This document shows positions 60,394-64,000 of a stretch of 64,000 nt of DNA, piece after piece. The stretch's first letter is position 1; the number at the start of each line of letters is the position of its first letter. Made by a program: the position numbers and the translations under genes. The DNA lies in NCBI GenBank assembly GCA_964016885.1, contig OZ024745.1, positions 113,770,001 through 113,834,000 of the forward strand. The letters are read 5' to 3'. Source of the stretch: Eledone cirrhosa (taxonomy: Eukaryota). Below the pieces are notes generated by a model. The model worked only from the letters and a program-made list of their open reading frames with translations, was not told the DNA's origin and searched no databases.

Positions 60394-60540
60394 GAAAGCA
60401 TTACTTTATTATTATTATTAATGTTACATCCTCTGTTTTAGTTTTTTTACACGCAGAAATGCCCATTTATACCGTCCTGTATTGTCCTTAATGTCTTACT
60501 TTGTGTAAACCCTTGCGGTTAATAAAGAAATCATTATTAT

Positions 60541-60896
60541 TATTGTTCTTTGAGTCTCAGTCATTGATGTTAGTTAACTGGAGAGTTTGTTGAAATGAAT
60601 ATCAAGCCACTACCTGCAGCCTCAGATATTCAGGACGTATCGGAGGGTTCTTGCTGTTCCCAGCAAGCATGCCTTTTGAAGCGTTCCAAAAAGCGTGGCG
60701 GCGCCAATTTTCTTTAACTATCCCTGGAAACTTTTGGAGATAGTCCCTAGTGCGCCTATGACAATCATGGCAGTTCCAAATCCATTTTACCTCCCACTTT
60801 AAGTCCTGGTATCGGTTAATTTTCTCCCTCTCCTTCCCTTGCACTCTCGTGTCGAATGGGCAGGCCACATCCACAATCAGGCACGGTCTTTTTTCC

Positions 60897-60900
<4 letters not shown>
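60541..60900 (-). mobile_element. 3' fragment of R4/Dong-like RLE retrotransposon in (TAA)n
   Basis: CLIVDVACPFDTRVQGKEREKINRYQDLKWEV..IW. (ATT)n on both sides; an inverted 3'-end copy lies at 60261-60310. Confidence 0.85.
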
Positions 60901-60965
<65 letters not shown>

Positions 60966-61052
60966 GTTGTTGTTGTTGTATATTGTAAGGGAAATACACG
61001 CTGTCTATTTGTCTTGCTCGCGGTCATTGGCCGCTAAATCTAGTGTATATAT

Positions 61053-61085
<33 letters not shown>

Positions 61086-61086
61086 A

Positions 61087-61157
<71 letters not shown>

Positions 61158-61160
<3 letters not shown>

Positions 61161-61560
61161 ATGATATTAATAAATGGAAACTATATTTATAAAACCATAT
61201 TTATTCTATTATATATATTTAAAGGGTGCCAAAACTTTGGTACACCCTCATCAGATAAAATACAAAGTTTGTTTCATAAATATTGACATATCCAGGAATG
61301 AGACCTTATCGGTTCAAGTTTTACCTGGATAGTAAAACTTGAATCCAGGTAAAACTTGAACCGATAAAGTCTCATTCCTGGATATGTCAATATTTATAAA
61401 ACAAACTTTGTATTTTATCTGATGAGAGCGTACCAAAGTTTTGGCATCCTTGAAATAATATATAATAGAATAAATATGGTTTTATAAATATAGTTTCCAT
61501 TTATTTAATATCATCGATATTACACTCCAGAAATCTGTCGAGTGCTTCGCATCTGTTATA
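61158..61560. mobile_element. Fold-back mini-element (family K) with HHRs
   Basis: Arms about 61158-61330 and 61343-61518, right tail. HHR 61413-61470: ttttat-CTGATGA-...-GAAA-taatata-TA-atagaa. Confidence 0.85.
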
Positions 61561-61609
61561 AATATATATATTTGTTGAATTACCAACAAATTAAATATCC
61601 CTTTCCTTG

Positions 61610-61643
<34 letters not shown>

Positions 61644-61656
61644 TTCAATTTATTTT

Positions 61657-61691
<35 letters not shown>

Positions 61692-61703
61692 TCAATTTAT
61701 TTT

Positions 61704-61816
<113 letters not shown>

Positions 61817-61817
61817 C

Positions 61818-61909
<92 letters not shown>

Positions 61910-62000
61910 TATAACAATATCGGTTTCAACACACGATTTAAGATAAAGAATCTTGCTAAACAAATTCAGAAACGAAATATATATATATATATATATATAT

Positions 62001-62132
62001 GACAAACCACAACAGAAACGCAAACCCTCAATCTCAATCTTACTTTTAAAAAGCATAAGAACTGTGAACCGGTAAAGTACATAAATAAACATACTTAAAA
62101 GACTCCAGTTGCATTTTCAATTTATTTTCCTT
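62001..62132 (+). mobile_element. Degraded single arm of family C
   Basis: ccctcaatctcaa..tacttttaaaaagcataagaactgtgaaccggtaaag...aagactccagttgcattttc matches 14821-14944. Confidence 0.7.
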
Positions 62133-62133
62133 A

Positions 62134-62238
<105 letters not shown>

Positions 62239-62337
62239 CAAGAAAGAAGAGTGATATGGTTGGCTATACAATAAGGGGTTTATTTACTCTAACTAGACTA
62301 TAAGTGGACTGACTACCTATAACGATAACATGTTATC

Positions 62338-62383
<46 letters not shown>

Positions 62384-62388
62384 ATAAT

Positions 62389-62425
<37 letters not shown>

Positions 62426-62430
62426 ATAAT

Positions 62431-62489
<59 letters not shown>

Positions 62490-62494
62490 ATAAT

Positions 62495-62593
<99 letters not shown>

Positions 62594-62598
62594 ATAAT

Positions 62599-62644
<46 letters not shown>

Positions 62645-62646
<2 letters not shown>

Positions 62647-63078
62647 AAGTTTAAACAAGGTTCAATGAATAAATCAATGAATAAAGTTTTACAATAGATT
62701 AGAAGCACTCCACAACAATGGTTTTCCGGATTTATTAATATTAATTCAAAATATTAACAAATATAGACATTCCTGTGATCAAGTATATTTTATTATACAT
62801 ATTTCAGAGGCACTGAGCTATTTTCAACAGTACGTCCTCATCAGATTAAATAAGACGATGCTTGACATACCTTGACTATGTTGATGGCAGACATGACTGA
62901 ATTTTAACCACCAACATAGTCAAGGTATGTCAAGGTATGTCAAGGTATTTCAAGCATCATCTTATTTTATCTGATGAGGACGTACTGTTGAAAATAGTTC
63001 AGTACCTCTGAAATATGTATATTAAAATATACTTGATCACACGAATGTCTATATTTGTTAATATTTTGAATTAATATA
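62645..63078. mobile_element. Fold-back mini-element (family J) with HHRs
   Basis: Arms about 62737-62883 and 62913-63078, left tail. HHR 62965-63027: ttttat-CTGATGA-ggacgtactg...cagtacctct-GAAA-tatgta-TA. Confidence 0.85.
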
Positions 63079-63513
63079 TATATATATACATTGATAATTG
63101 CATATATTCATCTATACATACATATATGCTTCTATACATACACATATATATACATATCAAGAGATACGTATGTTCATTGTAGATATGCATTGTTGTACAG
63201 TGTTTGCGTTACGACATGGATTTTACGATACAATTAATTACGTGACATAATTAGAAATAATTAATTACAAATAATGGAAGTGGTCAGTCATGAAAAATAA
63301 AGCAATAAATAGGAAATATATATAAAGATCATACAAATGCAAATGTATATACATGCACGCACGCGCGCAAACATTAATATATAATATATATATTCATATC
63401 TAATATAAATATATATAATATATGTATATAATAAACATATTATATACGTATATTATATATTGTATATTATATATATTATATATATATATATTATATATTG
63501 TATATGTATTTAA

Positions 63514-63547
<34 letters not shown>

Positions 63548-63564
63548 ATTATTTATATATATAC

Positions 63565-63606
<42 letters not shown>

Positions 63607-63692
63607 TATGTATTTACATCGTTCGTATTTATATATATATCTATATAATATATATATATATTTATGTCGTTCGTATTTATATATATATATCC

Positions 63693-63747
<55 letters not shown>

Positions 63748-63826
63748 ATATAATATATATATATATATATATATTTTATACACACACACACAGACACACA
63801 CACATATATATATATACACATATTAT

Positions 63827-63900
<74 letters not shown>

Positions 63901-64000
63901 ATACATATATATATATATACCAGCAAAAAGGTGCGAACATTCCAATATTTTATATTCATAGGTATAAATATATAGGCATATGCATACATGCATAAGTGTG

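Overview
This is AT-rich, microsatellite-saturated animal DNA, dominated by (TA)n, (CA)n, (GA)n and (TAA)n. The SINE content and repeat landscape suggest a cephalopod such as Octopus (inference). Almost all listed ORFs are microsatellite artefacts. One real gene start is likely: a Kozak ATG mini-exon (47635-47644) spliced in phase 1 to a 1416-bp Ser/Pro/Gln/His-rich exon (47967-49382). The rest is interspersed repeats: two tRNA-derived SINE families, CR1/L2-like and R4/Dong-like LINE fragments, Helitron ends and Tc1/Tigger MITEs. The main hidden signal is a dense set of (TA)n-embedded Penelope-like element (PLE) derivatives. By eye I find about 25 loci with type I hammerhead-ribozyme (HHR) topology, about 35 motifs counting both arms of fold-backs. 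Many sit in fold-back insertions with one shared architecture: divergent arms, one carrying an extra 3' tail. Several families have fixed non-canonical catalytic cores (U3-A8 covariation; U4A). Some fold-back centres fall inside the ribozyme itself. One fold-back carries a tRNA half instead of an HHR and is a candidate PLE-mobilised SINE. All structures were read by eye; no searches or folding programs were run.
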